This document shows, one piece after another, positions 10,170 to 21,017 of a stretch of 64,000 nucleotides of DNA. Below the pieces are notes generated by a model. That model had not been told where the DNA came from, ran no database searches, and saw only the letters and a list, made by a program, of their open reading frames with translations. Origin of the DNA: Longimicrobiales bacterium (GTDB lineage Bacteria; Gemmatimonadota; Gemmatimonadetes; Longimicrobiales; Gaopeijiaceae). The stretch covers positions 416,001 to 480,000 of the forward strand of contig CBDFIQ010000001.1 of NCBI GenBank assembly GCA_965248195.1. The letters are read 5' to 3'. Every line of letters starts with the position of its first letter. Position 1 is the first letter of the stretch. The translations under genes were made by a program, and so were the position numbers.

Positions 10170-11147
10170 ATGGACGGTGCGATCGTCGTGAGCCAGGTCG
10201 GCGGACCCGAAGTTCTGCAGTGGTCCCGACAGGACCCGGGCGAGCCGGGCGCCGGGGAGGTGCTGGTTCGCCACACCGCGATCGGGCTCAACTTCATCGA
10301 CGTGTATCACCGTACTGGCCTCTATCCTCAGGAGCTTCCGTTCACGCCCGGAGTCGAAGGGGCGGGTGTCGTCGAGCAGGTCGGGTCCGGCGTAGACGAC
10401 CTCCAGGTGGGTGACCGCGTGGCCTACACCGGCAACGGCCCTGTGGGCTCGTACCGCGAAGGCCGGGTTCTGCCGCGCTCGCGACTCTACGCGGTGCCGG
10501 ACAGCATCGACGACGATACGGCAGCGGCGATCATGCTCAAGGGCTGCACCGTCGAGTATCTGGTGCGTCGCACGTACCCCGTGAAGTCGGGGGACTGGGT
10601 CCTGCTCCACGCCGCGGCCGGGGGCGTCGGTCTGCTGGCGAGCCAGTGGCTCAAGGCTCTCGGAGCCCACGTCATCGGCACGGTCGGCTCGGAGGAAAAG
10701 GCCCAACTCGCCGAGGGGAACGGGTGTGAGCACACGATCCTCTACCGAGACGAGGACGTGGCGGCGCACGTGAAGGAGATCACGCAGGGCCGCGGGGTCG
10801 ATGTCGCATACGACGGGGTGGGCGCGGCGACCTTTCATGGCTCGCTCGATTCGCTCCGGCCCCGAGGCATGATGGTGACCTTCGGCAATGCCTCCGGACC
10901 GGTGGAGCCGATCTCGCCGCTGTTACTCACCCAGAAAGGAGCGATCTTCCTCACCAGGCCGACGGTCGGGCATTACTACGCCACCCCGGAAGACGCGGCC
11001 GAGGGTGTGGCCGCCCTCTTCGACGTCGTGGGCTCTGGGAGGGTGCGCCCCCACATAGGCGCTCGCTACCCGCTCGCGGAGGCGGCGGAGGCGCATCGGG
11101 CTCTCGAGGCCCGCGGCACCGTTGGATCCACGGTTCTCGAGCTTTAG
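10170..11147 (+). CDS. qor: NADPH:quinone oxidoreductase (zeta-crystallin/MDR)
   Basis: GLNFIDVYHRTGLY, HAAAGGVG, FGNASG, LTRPT. Confidence 0.9.
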   Translation: MDGAIVVSQVGGPEVLQWSRQDPGEPGAGEVLVRHTAIGLNFIDVYHRTGLYPQELPFTPGVEGAGVVEQVGSGVDDLQVGDRVAYTGNGPVGSYREGRVLPRSRLYAVPDSIDDDTAAAIMLKGCTVEYLVRRTYPVKSGDWVLLHAAAGGVGLLASQWLKALGAHVIGTVGSEEKAQLAEGNGCEHTILYRDEDVAAHVKEITQGRGVDVAYDGVGAATFHGSLDSLRPRGMMVTFGNASGPVEPISPLLLTQKGAIFLTRPTVGHYYATPEDAAEGVAALFDVVGSGRVRPHIGARYPLAEAAEAHRALEARGTVGSTVLEL

Positions 11148-11364
11148 GCCGTCGCGCGGGGCGCTTTGAGATGCTTGCCGCCCCACTGAGTTGGCACACT
11201 GGTGGCACACAAAATCGGGTCTGACCCAGCGCACTCGACAACCACCGACCATTGCGCAACGAGGGGCGCTCCCCGCACCCTGTCCAACGAAGCAGGAGAG
11301 GAAGATCGCGGTCCCTCGCTGGGACCCGCGGAGTCTCTTGACCCACAGGACGGAGGTGTGCGCC

Positions 11365-11949
11365 ATGTTCGAGACCCCTACCCGTCGCCGCTTCTTCTGT
11401 GGCGCGGCCACGGCCACCCTTGGGCTCCTCATGCCCCGTAGCAGCTTCGGGTCCCCGGCCCGATCGGCGGCCCACCAGGAGGCGAGCCCCGAGGCCAGGC
11501 TGCGTCGGCTCGGAATCGAGCTGCCCCCGCCGCCGCAGCCCGTAGCGACCTACGTACCTGCGGTGATCGTTGGGAACATGTTGTATGTGGCAGGCCATAC
11601 GCCGCGGCGTCCGGACGGCTCGCCGGGCTACCAGGGCAAGGTCGGTGAAGACTTCACGATCGAAGAGGGCTACCAGGCAGCGCGGGTCGCGGGCGTCAAC
11701 ATCCTGTCCACGGTGCGCAACACCCTCGGAACCCTCGACCGTGTCGTGCGGCTCGTCCGTACCTTCGGCATGGTCAACGCCGTTCCGGACTTCGGGCAGC
11801 ACCCACAGGTCATCAACGGGTGCAGCGACTTGTTGGCCGAGGTCTTCGGACCAGACGCGGGCAAGGGTACACGCGCAGCGGTAGGCATGGGGTCGCTACC
11901 GTTCGGCATGGCCGTAGAGGTCGAGACGTTCTGGGAGATTCGGACGTAA
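11365..11949 (+). CDS. RidA/YjgF/UK114 family protein with Tat-like leader
   Basis: TRRRFF; LGIELP..PVATYVP, VINGCSDLLAEVFG, RAAVGMGSLP; GGAGG RBS. Confidence 0.85.
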   Translation: MFETPTRRRFFCGAATATLGLLMPRSSFGSPARSAAHQEASPEARLRRLGIELPPPPQPVATYVPAVIVGNMLYVAGHTPRRPDGSPGYQGKVGEDFTIEEGYQAARVAGVNILSTVRNTLGTLDRVVRLVRTFGMVNAVPDFGQHPQVINGCSDLLAEVFGPDAGKGTRAAVGMGSLPFGMAVEVETFWEIRT

Positions 11950-12074
11950 CGTACGGCCCGCTACCGCCCTGCGGCGGACGCAGCTCGTGGAGAGGATCGA
12001 TCTCACGCCGCCCCCTTGGTCGCGTAGGTGGACACTTTAGGGCAAAACGAGTCCCTATGGCGCTGGGAGCGCCG

Positions 12075-13109
12075 TCAGGCGCATACGTTGCCCAGCCTGC
12101 CCGCCCCTCCACAGTAGCTCGCATCCTGAAGCTGAATGACGATGCCGTCAGGGTCGGTGAAGAACAGCTCTGGCGTGCCACCTTCTGCACCGCCCAGCTC
12201 CTCACTGCGCATGCGCACCCACGAAACCATCGGCCCCGGTGCGCCGGTGGCGTTGCCTCTGGGCCTCACGCCGAACTGCGAAAGAGCTTGCTGGACCCTG
12301 TCCGGATCGAATCCATCCATCACGAGACAGACTTGCGTGATGCGAGGCGTCGCGCCGGCTGCCGCGCTGGCATCGATGAGAAGGCGCTGAGGTCCGGATC
12401 CGACGCCCAGCATCGGCACCGTTCCATGGCGTCCCTTCACCGTCATTCCAAAGAGCACCTGATAGAAGTCCAGGGAACGCTCCTGGTTCGGAACGCTAAG
12501 CGTGAAGCTCTGGAAGTCGCGCACGACGAGCACGCCGTCGAGCGGCGTTGCGCTTGGACACCCGTCGCCCAGGACTCCGGGTCCGCCGCAGTAACGCCGA
12601 TCCTGAAGCTGGAAGCGAAGCCCATCGGGATCGTTGACGTAAAATTCCGGTGTCCCCTCGTTCGCGCCGCCGTTCTCGGGACCGCGCGATCTGACCCACG
12701 CCCTCATCGGACCGGCTCCGGAGGTTCTCGTTCGCGACACGCCGTGTCGGGCCAGAACCTGCGTGATCCGATCGACATCGAAGCCCTCGACCGTCATGCA
12801 GAAATGGCCCCAGCCTGGTCTCGCCTGCTGGCTCATGGTGATGTACTGGGGTCCGGAGCCAACCCGGATCCCCGTGGCCCCGACGCTGTAGCCTGCGTTT
12901 AAACCCTGGGTCCCGCCCTGTGTGTGATTGATGGGCCAGCCGAAGAGCCCCTGATAGAACTCCATCGAGCGTCTCTTGTCTGAAACCGCGATCGCTATGT
13001 GGTTCAGCGTGCGCAGCGTGAGCGTGGCCTCCTGCGCCAGAAGCCGACGTGCCGCCGCGAGCATCGGGACTGACATGAGAAGCGACCTGCGAGTCATCTG
13101 AGAGGTCAT
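12075..13109 (-). CDS. Two-domain VOC/glyoxalase protein with Tat signal
   Basis: TRRSLL; LNHIAIAVSD..FYQGLFG; two DPDG..QL motifs. Confidence 0.8.
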   Translation of the reverse strand: MTSQMTRRSLLMSVPMLAAARRLLAQEATLTLRTLNHIAIAVSDKRRSMEFYQGLFGWPINHTQGGTQGLNAGYSVGATGIRVGSGPQYITMSQQARPGWGHFCMTVEGFDVDRITQVLARHGVSRTRTSGAGPMRAWVRSRGPENGGANEGTPEFYVNDPDGLRFQLQDRRYCGGPGVLGDGCPSATPLDGVLVVRDFQSFTLSVPNQERSLDFYQVLFGMTVKGRHGTVPMLGVGSGPQRLLIDASAAAGATPRITQVCLVMDGFDPDRVQQALSQFGVRPRGNATGAPGPMVSWVRMRSEELGGAEGGTPELFFTDPDGIVIQLQDASYCGGAGRLGNVCA

Positions 13110-13337
13110 CTGATCCTCCTCTGCTCCTGCGTTGGCTGGCCGATGGGTGGACGGATCGCGAGGAACAGTAGCACGGAGCCTCTCAACTCGATAGACACCG
13201 CAGCTGTCAATTGGGCGACGCCGCCAACCCGTCATCTTGTGCGCGAACGCCCGTCATGTCGTATCATGACGAGTCAGCCACCAGGGAGTGTAGATCGGTC
13301 CCGGTAAACGTCGGCCGGAGTGGGGAGAGGACTAGAC

Positions 13338-15422
13338 ATGGCAACGAAAGACGGCCATCCGGGGAACGACCCGAAGCTCGAGAACGAGAGGGGTCTGAAC
13401 CGGCGAGATTTCGTCAAGACGGGAGTTGCCGCCGGGCTGGGTTCGGGCGCTCTGTTGGGGTCAGACGAGGCGAAAGCGCAGGTCTCAGCGACCGGCGCCG
13501 AACAAACCGTCTGGGACTATGAAGTAGATGTTGTTATCGCGGGAGGCGGGTGCGCAGGCCTGACCGCGGCCATTCGCGCGAGGGATCTCGGGGCCAGCGT
13601 GCTGGTGGTCGATCAGAACTTCGACCTTGGCGGCAGGATGTTGCACAGCGCGGCCCGGATGTCGCTCGGCGGAGGCGACCCGGTACAGCAGAGAGACATG
13701 AAGGGCGAGAGCGACCGGGAGGGACTCATCACGGTAGCTCCGGCCGAGGACCCGGAAGAGCTCGATGACAACATCGACCTCCTGTTCACGGACCTCACCG
13801 ACTGGTCGGTCGTCGACCCCAAAGCTCAGAGCCCCTACCGGTACAACGAGCGGGAGCTGGCGCGTGCTTGGGCCGAGAACTGTCCGGCGACTCGGCAATT
13901 CCTGATCGACAACTACGTCCGGTTCTCGAGGGTCAGCGGCACGCATGGCGGTGGAGGGTTATCGCGCGCGCGGTTGGCAACCTGCTTCCTCATGCTGGGC
14001 GACAAGACGGACATCAAGGCGGGAACCATCACGGCGGAGGACGCGGGCGTCGCCGATCGCGAGCGTTCGAGCGCGTTCGCGCCTGTGCAGATGAACAACG
14101 CGAGCCGCTCCGTCGGACCCAACGCTGTGACGAACGGTGCGGCCCTCTCACGGTCGCTCGAGTTCGCGGCAAGGGAGAAGGGCGTCGAGTTCATGCTTCA
14201 TCGGCGTTTCGACGAGATCGTGCGTGAGGAACCCTTCGCGGGCAGGGTTCAGGGAATCACGGCGCACTATTCGCCGCGGCAGCACCCCGAGACCGGTGAG
14301 CTTCTGCAGAGCTATTGGCAGAACGGCAATATTGACGAGCAGCGGGAAACCGTGACGATCAGGGCCCGCCAGGCCGTCATCCTCGCGAGCGGCGGTCACG
14401 CCGGAAATCCCGAGGTCCGCAGCATGTTCTACCCGGCCTTGCGGGAGCCCGCCTTCTCGACCAGCGGTCAGGCTCTGTTAGGCCCCATAGGTCAGGACGC
14501 ATCAGCGCTCATTGCAGGCCTGAGGGTCGGCGCGAACCTGGCGGGGATGCAACAGAACGTCTCGTATTTCACCACGTTCCACATCTCGACGCGCCTCGGT
14601 ACGCGCGATGCGTACACCAGCATGATGCCCGGTCACCCGACGTTCGGTTTCCGCAGCTCCGCCGGGTTCAATGTGGGCAACTCGGGCTTCGAAGAGTTCA
14701 TCGCCGTGAACCAAGTCGGGAAGCGTTTCTTCAACGAGGTCCGGCTTCCAGCAAGGCCCGGTCCCAGCGCGTACCCGGGCGACGGTGGCGCGCCGGGGCG
14801 GGGGCTCGCTCACACGCCGCTCGACTGGCGCAACTGCCGCAAGGAGTGGGTCCGGGAGATGTACAACTACGACCACGGCCTCGATGCGGCACTGGCGCTG
14901 AACGAGGGGTCGGAGCCTCCCGACTACTACTCGGGGCCGCTTTGGGCGGTCTTCGATCAGGATGCGGTCGAGCGTAACGGGTGGGAGCTGCGCTACCCTT
15001 ACGTGTCCGACAACGGCTACTTCTTCCGAGCCGATACCATCGAGGATTTGGCCGAAAGGATTTACGCGGGCCATGAGTTCCAGCGGGTGCCGCTGAGTTA
15101 CCTGGCCGAGACGGTCGCCACCTGGAACGGCTATGTGGAGGCCGGTGCCGATCCGGAATTCGAGCGTGAGGCGGATGCCCCCATGAGTCGCATCGCGAGA
15201 CCCCCCTTCTATGCGCTCTCGATCATGGTGATCTGGCACGATTCCTATGGCGGCCTGCGGGTCAACGGCCGGCAGCAGGTCGTGGACATGCAGGGCCAGG
15301 TCATTCCTGGCCTCTATGCGGGAGGCGAGGCGGTGGGGGGGTTCAACAAGCATGGCCTGGGCAAGGCTCACGTCCATGGTTACATCGCCGGCACCCATGT
15401 CGTCGAGGAGCCGTCCCGCTAG
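13338..15422 (+). CDS. Tat-exported FAD-binding dehydrogenase (flavocytochrome c / fumarate reductase-like)
   Basis: NRRDFVK; DVVIAGGGCAG; GGLRVN..VIPGLYAGGE. Confidence 0.85.
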   Translation: MATKDGHPGNDPKLENERGLNRRDFVKTGVAAGLGSGALLGSDEAKAQVSATGAEQTVWDYEVDVVIAGGGCAGLTAAIRARDLGASVLVVDQNFDLGGRMLHSAARMSLGGGDPVQQRDMKGESDREGLITVAPAEDPEELDDNIDLLFTDLTDWSVVDPKAQSPYRYNERELARAWAENCPATRQFLIDNYVRFSRVSGTHGGGGLSRARLATCFLMLGDKTDIKAGTITAEDAGVADRERSSAFAPVQMNNASRSVGPNAVTNGAALSRSLEFAAREKGVEFMLHRRFDEIVREEPFAGRVQGITAHYSPRQHPETGELLQSYWQNGNIDEQRETVTIRARQAVILASGGHAGNPEVRSMFYPALREPAFSTSGQALLGPIGQDASALIAGLRVGANLAGMQQNVSYFTTFHISTRLGTRDAYTSMMPGHPTFGFRSSAGFNVGNSGFEEFIAVNQVGKRFFNEVRLPARPGPSAYPGDGGAPGRGLAHTPLDWRNCRKEWVREMYNYDHGLDAALALNEGSEPPDYYSGPLWAVFDQDAVERNGWELRYPYVSDNGYFFRADTIEDLAERIYAGHEFQRVPLSYLAETVATWNGYVEAGADPEFEREADAPMSRIARPPFYALSIMVIWHDSYGGLRVNGRQQVVDMQGQVIPGLYAGGEAVGGFNKHGLGKAHVHGYIAGTHVVEEPSR

Positions 15423-15466
15423 TCGCCACCTAGCAGTGGCTTGTAGCGTCGCGCTTGCCGCCTGCC

Positions 15467-16540
15467 CTAGGGACGTGTCGGCATGGCCCGCCTGCCGTTT
15501 ACGATAGGCGGAAAGTCCCTCACCTCGTCATACACGGCCCTGATAAAGCGATCCTTGCTTTGCTGCGTGTCGCCCTGGGTCGTCTGCTCATACGGCGCCG
15601 TCAGATTCGCGGCCAGAACTTCCTCCAGCGACTTGCCCTCGTCGCGTAGCGCCGTGACTTTCGCCACGATGTCAACCAGCATGGCGCGATACGGCAGGAG
15701 ATCCTCTCTATGGATGAGCGTGCCATGGCCGGGGATCAGCCACGTGTCGGGACCGGCGATCGTCTGAAAGAGATCAATCGCCTCGATCATGCCCTTGATC
15801 GAGCCGCCGCTGGTCTGAGCGGCGAAGGGAAAGCCGAAGTTACGGTAGAAATCCTCGATGTAGATCACGTTAGCATTGCGGAAGCGAACGACGGTGTCCC
15901 CGGCAGTGTGGGAGGGCATCACCGGGATGAAATCCACCGTTTCGCCGTTCATGTACAAGGTAACGGCGGGCTCGCCGGGCGCGGAGGGATCGTAACGATA
16001 GGTCACCACCGGAATGTGGGCCGGATCGCGTGCCGGGGCCGGCTGGCCGTTGGGGCGCCGCGGATTGATCATGTCGAGCCGCAGATTTTCCTGCGCGAAG
16101 ATCACCGCCCCCTGGTTCGCGAAGAAGGCGTTGGCGCCCGTATGGTCCCCATGAATATGTGAGTTGACCAAGACCTTGATGGGGCCGTCGGTAAACGACC
16201 GGATCGCCGCCAGTGTCTTTTCGGCCACCTGTCGGTTCTGGGTGTCCACCAGCAGGATGCCATCCGGTCCGAAGAGCACCATGGCCCTGCCGCCGGACGC
16301 GTCTGGGTGTCCCCGATCAAGGCCTTTCGAACCGTGCAGAACAAGAAGATTCGGCGACATCTTTTCCGTCACCATAATCTGAATCTGGTCCCACGGCGTC
16401 TGGTAGCCCTCCGGAAACGTGTACGGGCCCTCTCCCGTCGGAACCACGATGATGGGATATTCCGCATCCTGTGCCCACACCATCGATGGAATGGTTACCA
16501 TCACGGCCACACACAAGAACAACAGTGCTGATTTTCTCAT
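15467..16540 (-). CDS. Secreted MBL-fold metallo-hydrolase
   Basis: SHIHGDHTG, SHTAGD, IPGHG. Confidence 0.85.
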   Translation of the reverse strand: MRKSALLFLCVAVMVTIPSMVWAQDAEYPIIVVPTGEGPYTFPEGYQTPWDQIQIMVTEKMSPNLLVLHGSKGLDRGHPDASGGRAMVLFGPDGILLVDTQNRQVAEKTLAAIRSFTDGPIKVLVNSHIHGDHTGANAFFANQGAVIFAQENLRLDMINPRRPNGQPAPARDPAHIPVVTYRYDPSAPGEPAVTLYMNGETVDFIPVMPSHTAGDTVVRFRNANVIYIEDFYRNFGFPFAAQTSGGSIKGMIEAIDLFQTIAGPDTWLIPGHGTLIHREDLLPYRAMLVDIVAKVTALRDEGKSLEEVLAANLTAPYEQTTQGDTQQSKDRFIRAVYDEVRDFPPIVNGRRAMPTRP

Positions 16541-16564
16541 GAGCCCACTCCTTAGAGGCGGCGC

Positions 16565-17320
16565 CTAGCGGATATTCAGGGTCTCTCGGATCTCTCTCGC
16601 CGAGGCACCCGTTTGATATACGGGAGTCGCCCGGTCGAATTCGATGGCTCTGGCCAGTGGACCGACGATGACCGGGTCCAACCCCATGTCTCGGACCAGA
16701 TCGGCCACGATGGCCAACGCTTCCTCGTCGTCGCCAGCCAAAGGTACGCCGATCCTTTCGCCGTCAAGTATCGGGGTCGCGTACATGCGGGGGCCGACCG
16801 TATTGAACGCTTTCACGAGCCGAACGCCGGGCAGGTATTGGGCCATAGCCAGGCCCGTCCCCATCTCTAGCCACTCTTCCGTGAGGGGCCCGTCCCGGTC
16901 CGCACGAGGATTGCTGATGTCGATCACGACCTTGCCTTGCATCAAGTGGCCGAAATCCTCACCGAGCTGTGGAATCGCGATGGGGGGCACGGCCAGCAGG
17001 ATTACGTCGCCAAAAAAGGCAGCGGCATCCGCGTAACCGGCGCTGGCCCGCGGCGCCGCGCTCTGCACGAGCTCCATGAGTTCCTGGGGATTACGGGATG
17101 CGAACAGGATTTGATGGCCTGCTTCGGCCCACTGGAGTCCCATGGAGGCACCCATGTTGCCGGCTCCAATGACTCCAATCCTCAACGAGCGACCTTCCCG
17201 CTCGGCCAGGCCCGCTTGAGCGAGCAAAGGCGAGGAGCCAAGTGCGAAGGCCATCGCCGAAGCCATGAAGGCGATCAGCGGGAGTCGGAAACGCAAGATT
17301 CCGAACGTAGTCCTTGTCAT
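16565..17320 (-). CDS. F420-dependent NADP oxidoreductase-like dinucleotide-binding protein
   Basis: GVIGAGNMG, VIDISNP, LVKAFNT, AGDD. Confidence 0.85.
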   Translation of the reverse strand: MTRTTFGILRFRLPLIAFMASAMAFALGSSPLLAQAGLAEREGRSLRIGVIGAGNMGASMGLQWAEAGHQILFASRNPQELMELVQSAAPRASAGYADAAAFFGDVILLAVPPIAIPQLGEDFGHLMQGKVVIDISNPRADRDGPLTEEWLEMGTGLAMAQYLPGVRLVKAFNTVGPRMYATPILDGERIGVPLAGDDEEALAIVADLVRDMGLDPVIVGPLARAIEFDRATPVYQTGASAREIRETLNIR

Positions 17321-17580
17321 GTTTGAGATCAGCCGGGTCGGAGGATGGGAGTTTCAGGGCACATATATACCCGCACGGCGAACATACGCCGTCCATATCA
17401 ACGGGTCAAAGCCCGTCAAGGCTATAAAATGTTGGCGGGCTTTGTCTTACTGAGTGGAGCCAGCCTCGCTCAGGGAGGGTGCCGCACTTGGACGAGGGCC
17501 TTTGAAATCCCTATCCCTATCGCGGCTGGTAGATGCCCGGCCCCAAGAAACCCAACTGAAAGGGATGCGGTCGAACGCCC

Positions 17581-18033
17581 CTAACGGCGCGCGTAGCCAG
17601 CGATGAATCGGAAGTCCATCGTGTAGGACCACGTCAGGTCGGGACCTGGGAACTTGGGCCTGTTCTCGTTAATGGGCCGTGCCCGAATGGCGACAATGTA
17701 GCGCTCGCCGGCCCTGTACAGGGTGGCAGCCATCGACGCCTGGGCGCCCCGAAAATCAATCTCGGAGGGAAGGGCCGCTAGCAGGCGGGCGCACACCGGG
17801 GTATCCTCGTGCGCGCCGCCCAATTCCACGAGATCGTCAGCCGTGAGCCCAGTGAGTTGCATCCGCTCACGAGTATCGGCGTGTTCAGGCGCGGTCAGGA
17901 CCTCGATGAGCTCGGCCCGCACGTCGGCGTCCGGCGCCCCGCACGGGCCCCGGCCTTCGGGGGGGCCCTGTGCGGCGACAGGAACAGCCGCGATCATTCC
18001 GGCCACGATCAGAGTCCAGGAGCCTCTCGTCAT
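17581..18033 (-). CDS. Secreted hypothetical protein
   Basis: GAGGAG RBS, signal peptide ending VAAQ; abuts the JAB-like ORF. Confidence 0.6.
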   Translation of the reverse strand: MTRGSWTLIVAGMIAAVPVAAQGPPEGRGPCGAPDADVRAELIEVLTAPEHADTRERMQLTGLTADDLVELGGAHEDTPVCARLLAALPSEIDFRGAQASMAATLYRAGERYIVAIRARPINENRPKFPGPDLTWSYTMDFRFIAGYARR

Positions 18034-18047
18034 AACTGTGCTCCTCA

Positions 18048-18530
18048 TCATCGGTAGGTGCAGGCTGGGTACGGCGTGCCGGCGGGATCGGCCGTGCTGA
18101 ATTGGTATACCCTGTCAGTTTCGAGGATGATCCCGTCCAGTACTCGCCCCGACAAGCGCTCGAAGTAGGCGAGGATCGCGACGTCCCCCGTGCTCGGGCC
18201 ACTCTTCAGTTCCGACGGCAAGGGGTAGTTCTCGCACTCAATTGGCTGCACGATCGTCCCAGTGAGCGTCGGATGTGTGTGCACGTATCCGAGCGCGTCG
18301 GTCGGCACTGCCCTGGGGATCGAGGACACGGGAATATGGCAGGCATCGGACCGCAAGATGATGTGGTCCACTTCAAAACGCCCGTCTCGTTCGACGATCC
18401 ATCCGAATCGTTCACGCTGGTCCGCCACGGGTTTGTCGGGAAACGACAGGTCCCACAGCACGGCCAGTTCGTTTCGAAACTGGGGGTCGTCGAAATACGG
18501 TTCCGGGGGGCACTCGACGACCTGGGGCAC
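18048..18530 (-). CDS. JAB/MPN-like domain protein, probably 5'-degenerate
   Basis: ERFGWI...GYVHTHP...PSTGD matches the E..HxH..SxxD pattern; in-frame stop shortly upstream of GTG, no clear RBS. Confidence 0.5.
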   Translation of the reverse strand: MPQVVECPPEPYFDDPQFRNELAVLWDLSFPDKPVADQRERFGWIVERDGRFEVDHIILRSDACHIPVSSIPRAVPTDALGYVHTHPTLTGTIVQPIECENYPLPSELKSGPSTGDVAILAYFERLSGRVLDGIILETDRVYQFSTADPAGTPYPACTYR

Positions 18531-18825
18531 ACTTGCGCACCGGGCACCTCAGTTACTAACCCATCACCTTGTGCGCGAAGGCCCTGGGGCGAGGGGGGCC
18601 ACAGCCGGGAACACGGGGGCACAATCTTTCCAGAGACACTCCGTTGGCTGTGGCGTGACTACCCAGCAGACCGATAATGGTGTCGTCGACGCGTGGTCCA
18701 CCGGAGGCCTCGCGGTTGCCCCGGTGTCGTTCCCGATCTACGATTCGCGAATTCATCGCGTCGTGACGCCCATGAGGGTTACAGCGCCGTTCTATGACCG
18801 CGGGGAATCAGGAGCAACGAGCATC

Positions 18826-20997
18826 ATGAAAGTCGACCCTCGACCCTTCCGCACGTGGACTCTCCTGCTTTGCGTCGGCCTCGCCTCCGTGGCCTCGATG
18901 GCGACGGCGGCTCCGGCGTCCGCTCAGGTCCAGACGGGGACCGAGAACGGCGAGTGGCGCTATGTCGGCGGCAACGCCGGGCACACCCGCTACTCACCTC
19001 TGGAGCAGATCGACGCCGCCAACTTCGCGGATCTCGAGGTGGCGTGGATTTGGCGGGGGGACAACTTCGGCCCCAACGTCGACTACTTTTTCCGGTCCAC
19101 GCCGCTCTACGTCGATGGAGTGGTCTACACGATTGCCACGCCGCGCCGGCAGGTGGTCGCGATCGACCCCGCCACGGGCGAGACGCTCTGGGTGTTCCGC
19201 GAGCCCGAGACCGTCAGGCACCTGCGGTCCCCCAGGCAGGCCTACGGCAAGGGCCTCGCTTATGCCGAGGTGGACGGTCGCGGCGTGATTTTCGTCATTA
19301 CACCCGCGTTCTTCCTCTGGGCTCTAGACGCCAAAACAGGACTGCCCCTGGAGGATTGGGGCACCCCCATTCCGCTGGACGATTTCCCGCAGACTGGGGG
19401 CGTCGACCTAATCCCTGGCCTCGTCGGGGACTGGGGCCGCTGGCAGGACTATCTCGCCCAGGGCAACACCTACGACCCGGACCACGGGATCCCGAGAGAA
19501 CTCGGAATGGTCAGCAGCTCGGCGCCGCCGATCGTGGTCAACGGTGTGGTAGTCGTAGGCACCGGCCACGAGGCCAGCTACAACCAGACCCGGATCGAGA
19601 ATGTCCCGGGTGATATCCAGGGCTACGATGCCAGAACAGGAGAGTTTCTCTGGAAGTTCCACATCATCCCCCGGCCCGGCGAGTTCGGACACGAGACGTG
19701 GGAGAACGACGCCTGGCAGTGGTCCGGGGACATGTCGCAATGGGCTCTCGCGTCCGCCGACCCCGAGCTGGGACTCGTCTACATGGTGACGAACGCCTCG
19801 ACCGTGCAGACGTACACGGGCCAGCGCCCCGGAGACAACCTCTTCGGGGGCAGCGTCATCGCGTTGGACGTGAGGACCGGCGAGCGGAGATGGCACTTCC
19901 AGATTCACCACAGCGACCAGTGGAACTACGACCTGCCGACCCCGCCCATGCTGATGGACCTGACGGTGGACGGAGAGCAGATCCCGGCGTTGGTCCAGAA
20001 CACCAAGCAGGGCCTCGTCTTCGCGTTCAACCGGGAGACCGGTGAGCCCATTTGGCCGATCGAGGAGCGCCCGGTCATCCAGACAGAGGTCCCCGGCAAC
20101 TACACGGCGGCCACCCAGCCCTATCCGACCTTGCCGGAGCCGCTGGACGACATCGTGTTGAACGGGCTCACCGAGGAGTTCGTCATCGACTACACGCCGG
20201 ATCTGAACGCTCAGGCGCAGATCATGCTGAGTCAGTTCCGGATCGGGGGCCTCTACGTGCCGCCGCTTCCCTATAATCACGACAACGGCTTCCGCAACAA
20301 CGTCGGCTGCCAGGGGGCCGGGAACGTCATCCCGCACCCCCCGGTCGCGGATCCCACTACTGGCACGATATACGCATCGCACTACCGGAACTGCAGCGCC
20401 CCGGCGTTCATGGAGCCCACGGATGGGGAGGCCGCGGATATCCCGGACTATGCTTCGCCCGGTGCCGGCTACTCCACGCCCACCTTTACTCCGACGACGG
20501 GCACGACAGTGGCGGCGTGGTTGCCAGGCGGCGGGCCCGATCTGCGCCGCGAGCCGCTTCCGAGGATCGAGGGCCTGCGGCTATGGAAGCCGATGGACAA
20601 CCAGCTCACCGCCATGGATATGAACAGAGGCCGGCGGACCTGGTCGGTGACGGTCGGCGAGACTCCCGAGGAGATCCGGAACCACCCTCTTCTAGCGGGA
20701 GTGGACGTTCCCAATACGGGAGGCACCGGCTTTTCGATCCAGATGGTGACGGGGAGCGTCTTGGTCCAGACCAGTGCGTACAGCTCGGGGCCTGGGCAGT
20801 CGGTTCCCGACGAGCCGTTCGAGCTCCACGCGCGCGACAAGGGGACCGGCGAGATCCTGGCGAGCGTCGAGCTCCCGGCCCCCGGCCAGTACGGGATGAT
20901 GACCTACATGCACGAGGGCAAACAGTACATCGTGGTGCAGATCGGTAACGTCCACGTAGACTTTCCGGGCTCGCTGGTGGCGCTGACTCTGCCCTGA
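18826..20997 (+). CDS. PQQ-dependent dehydrogenase (glucose dehydrogenase-like beta-propeller)
   Basis: EWRYVGG..RYSPLEQI, WHFQIHHSDQWNYDLPTPP, MTYMHEGKQYIVV. Confidence 0.9.
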   Translation: MKVDPRPFRTWTLLLCVGLASVASMATAAPASAQVQTGTENGEWRYVGGNAGHTRYSPLEQIDAANFADLEVAWIWRGDNFGPNVDYFFRSTPLYVDGVVYTIATPRRQVVAIDPATGETLWVFREPETVRHLRSPRQAYGKGLAYAEVDGRGVIFVITPAFFLWALDAKTGLPLEDWGTPIPLDDFPQTGGVDLIPGLVGDWGRWQDYLAQGNTYDPDHGIPRELGMVSSSAPPIVVNGVVVVGTGHEASYNQTRIENVPGDIQGYDARTGEFLWKFHIIPRPGEFGHETWENDAWQWSGDMSQWALASADPELGLVYMVTNASTVQTYTGQRPGDNLFGGSVIALDVRTGERRWHFQIHHSDQWNYDLPTPPMLMDLTVDGEQIPALVQNTKQGLVFAFNRETGEPIWPIEERPVIQTEVPGNYTAATQPYPTLPEPLDDIVLNGLTEEFVIDYTPDLNAQAQIMLSQFRIGGLYVPPLPYNHDNGFRNNVGCQGAGNVIPHPPVADPTTGTIYASHYRNCSAPAFMEPTDGEAADIPDYASPGAGYSTPTFTPTTGTTVAAWLPGGGPDLRREPLPRIEGLRLWKPMDNQLTAMDMNRGRRTWSVTVGETPEEIRNHPLLAGVDVPNTGGTGFSIQMVTGSVLVQTSAYSSGPGQSVPDEPFELHARDKGTGEILASVELPAPGQYGMMTYMHEGKQYIVVQIGNVHVDFPGSLVALTLP

Positions 20998-21017
20998 TTC
21001 GTGCCCAGCATCCCCCG

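Noticed and set aside
11190..11212. TGGCACAC direct repeat as a sigma54 promoter or integrase arm site
   Set aside because: No correctly spaced TTGC and no adjacent att core or integrase.
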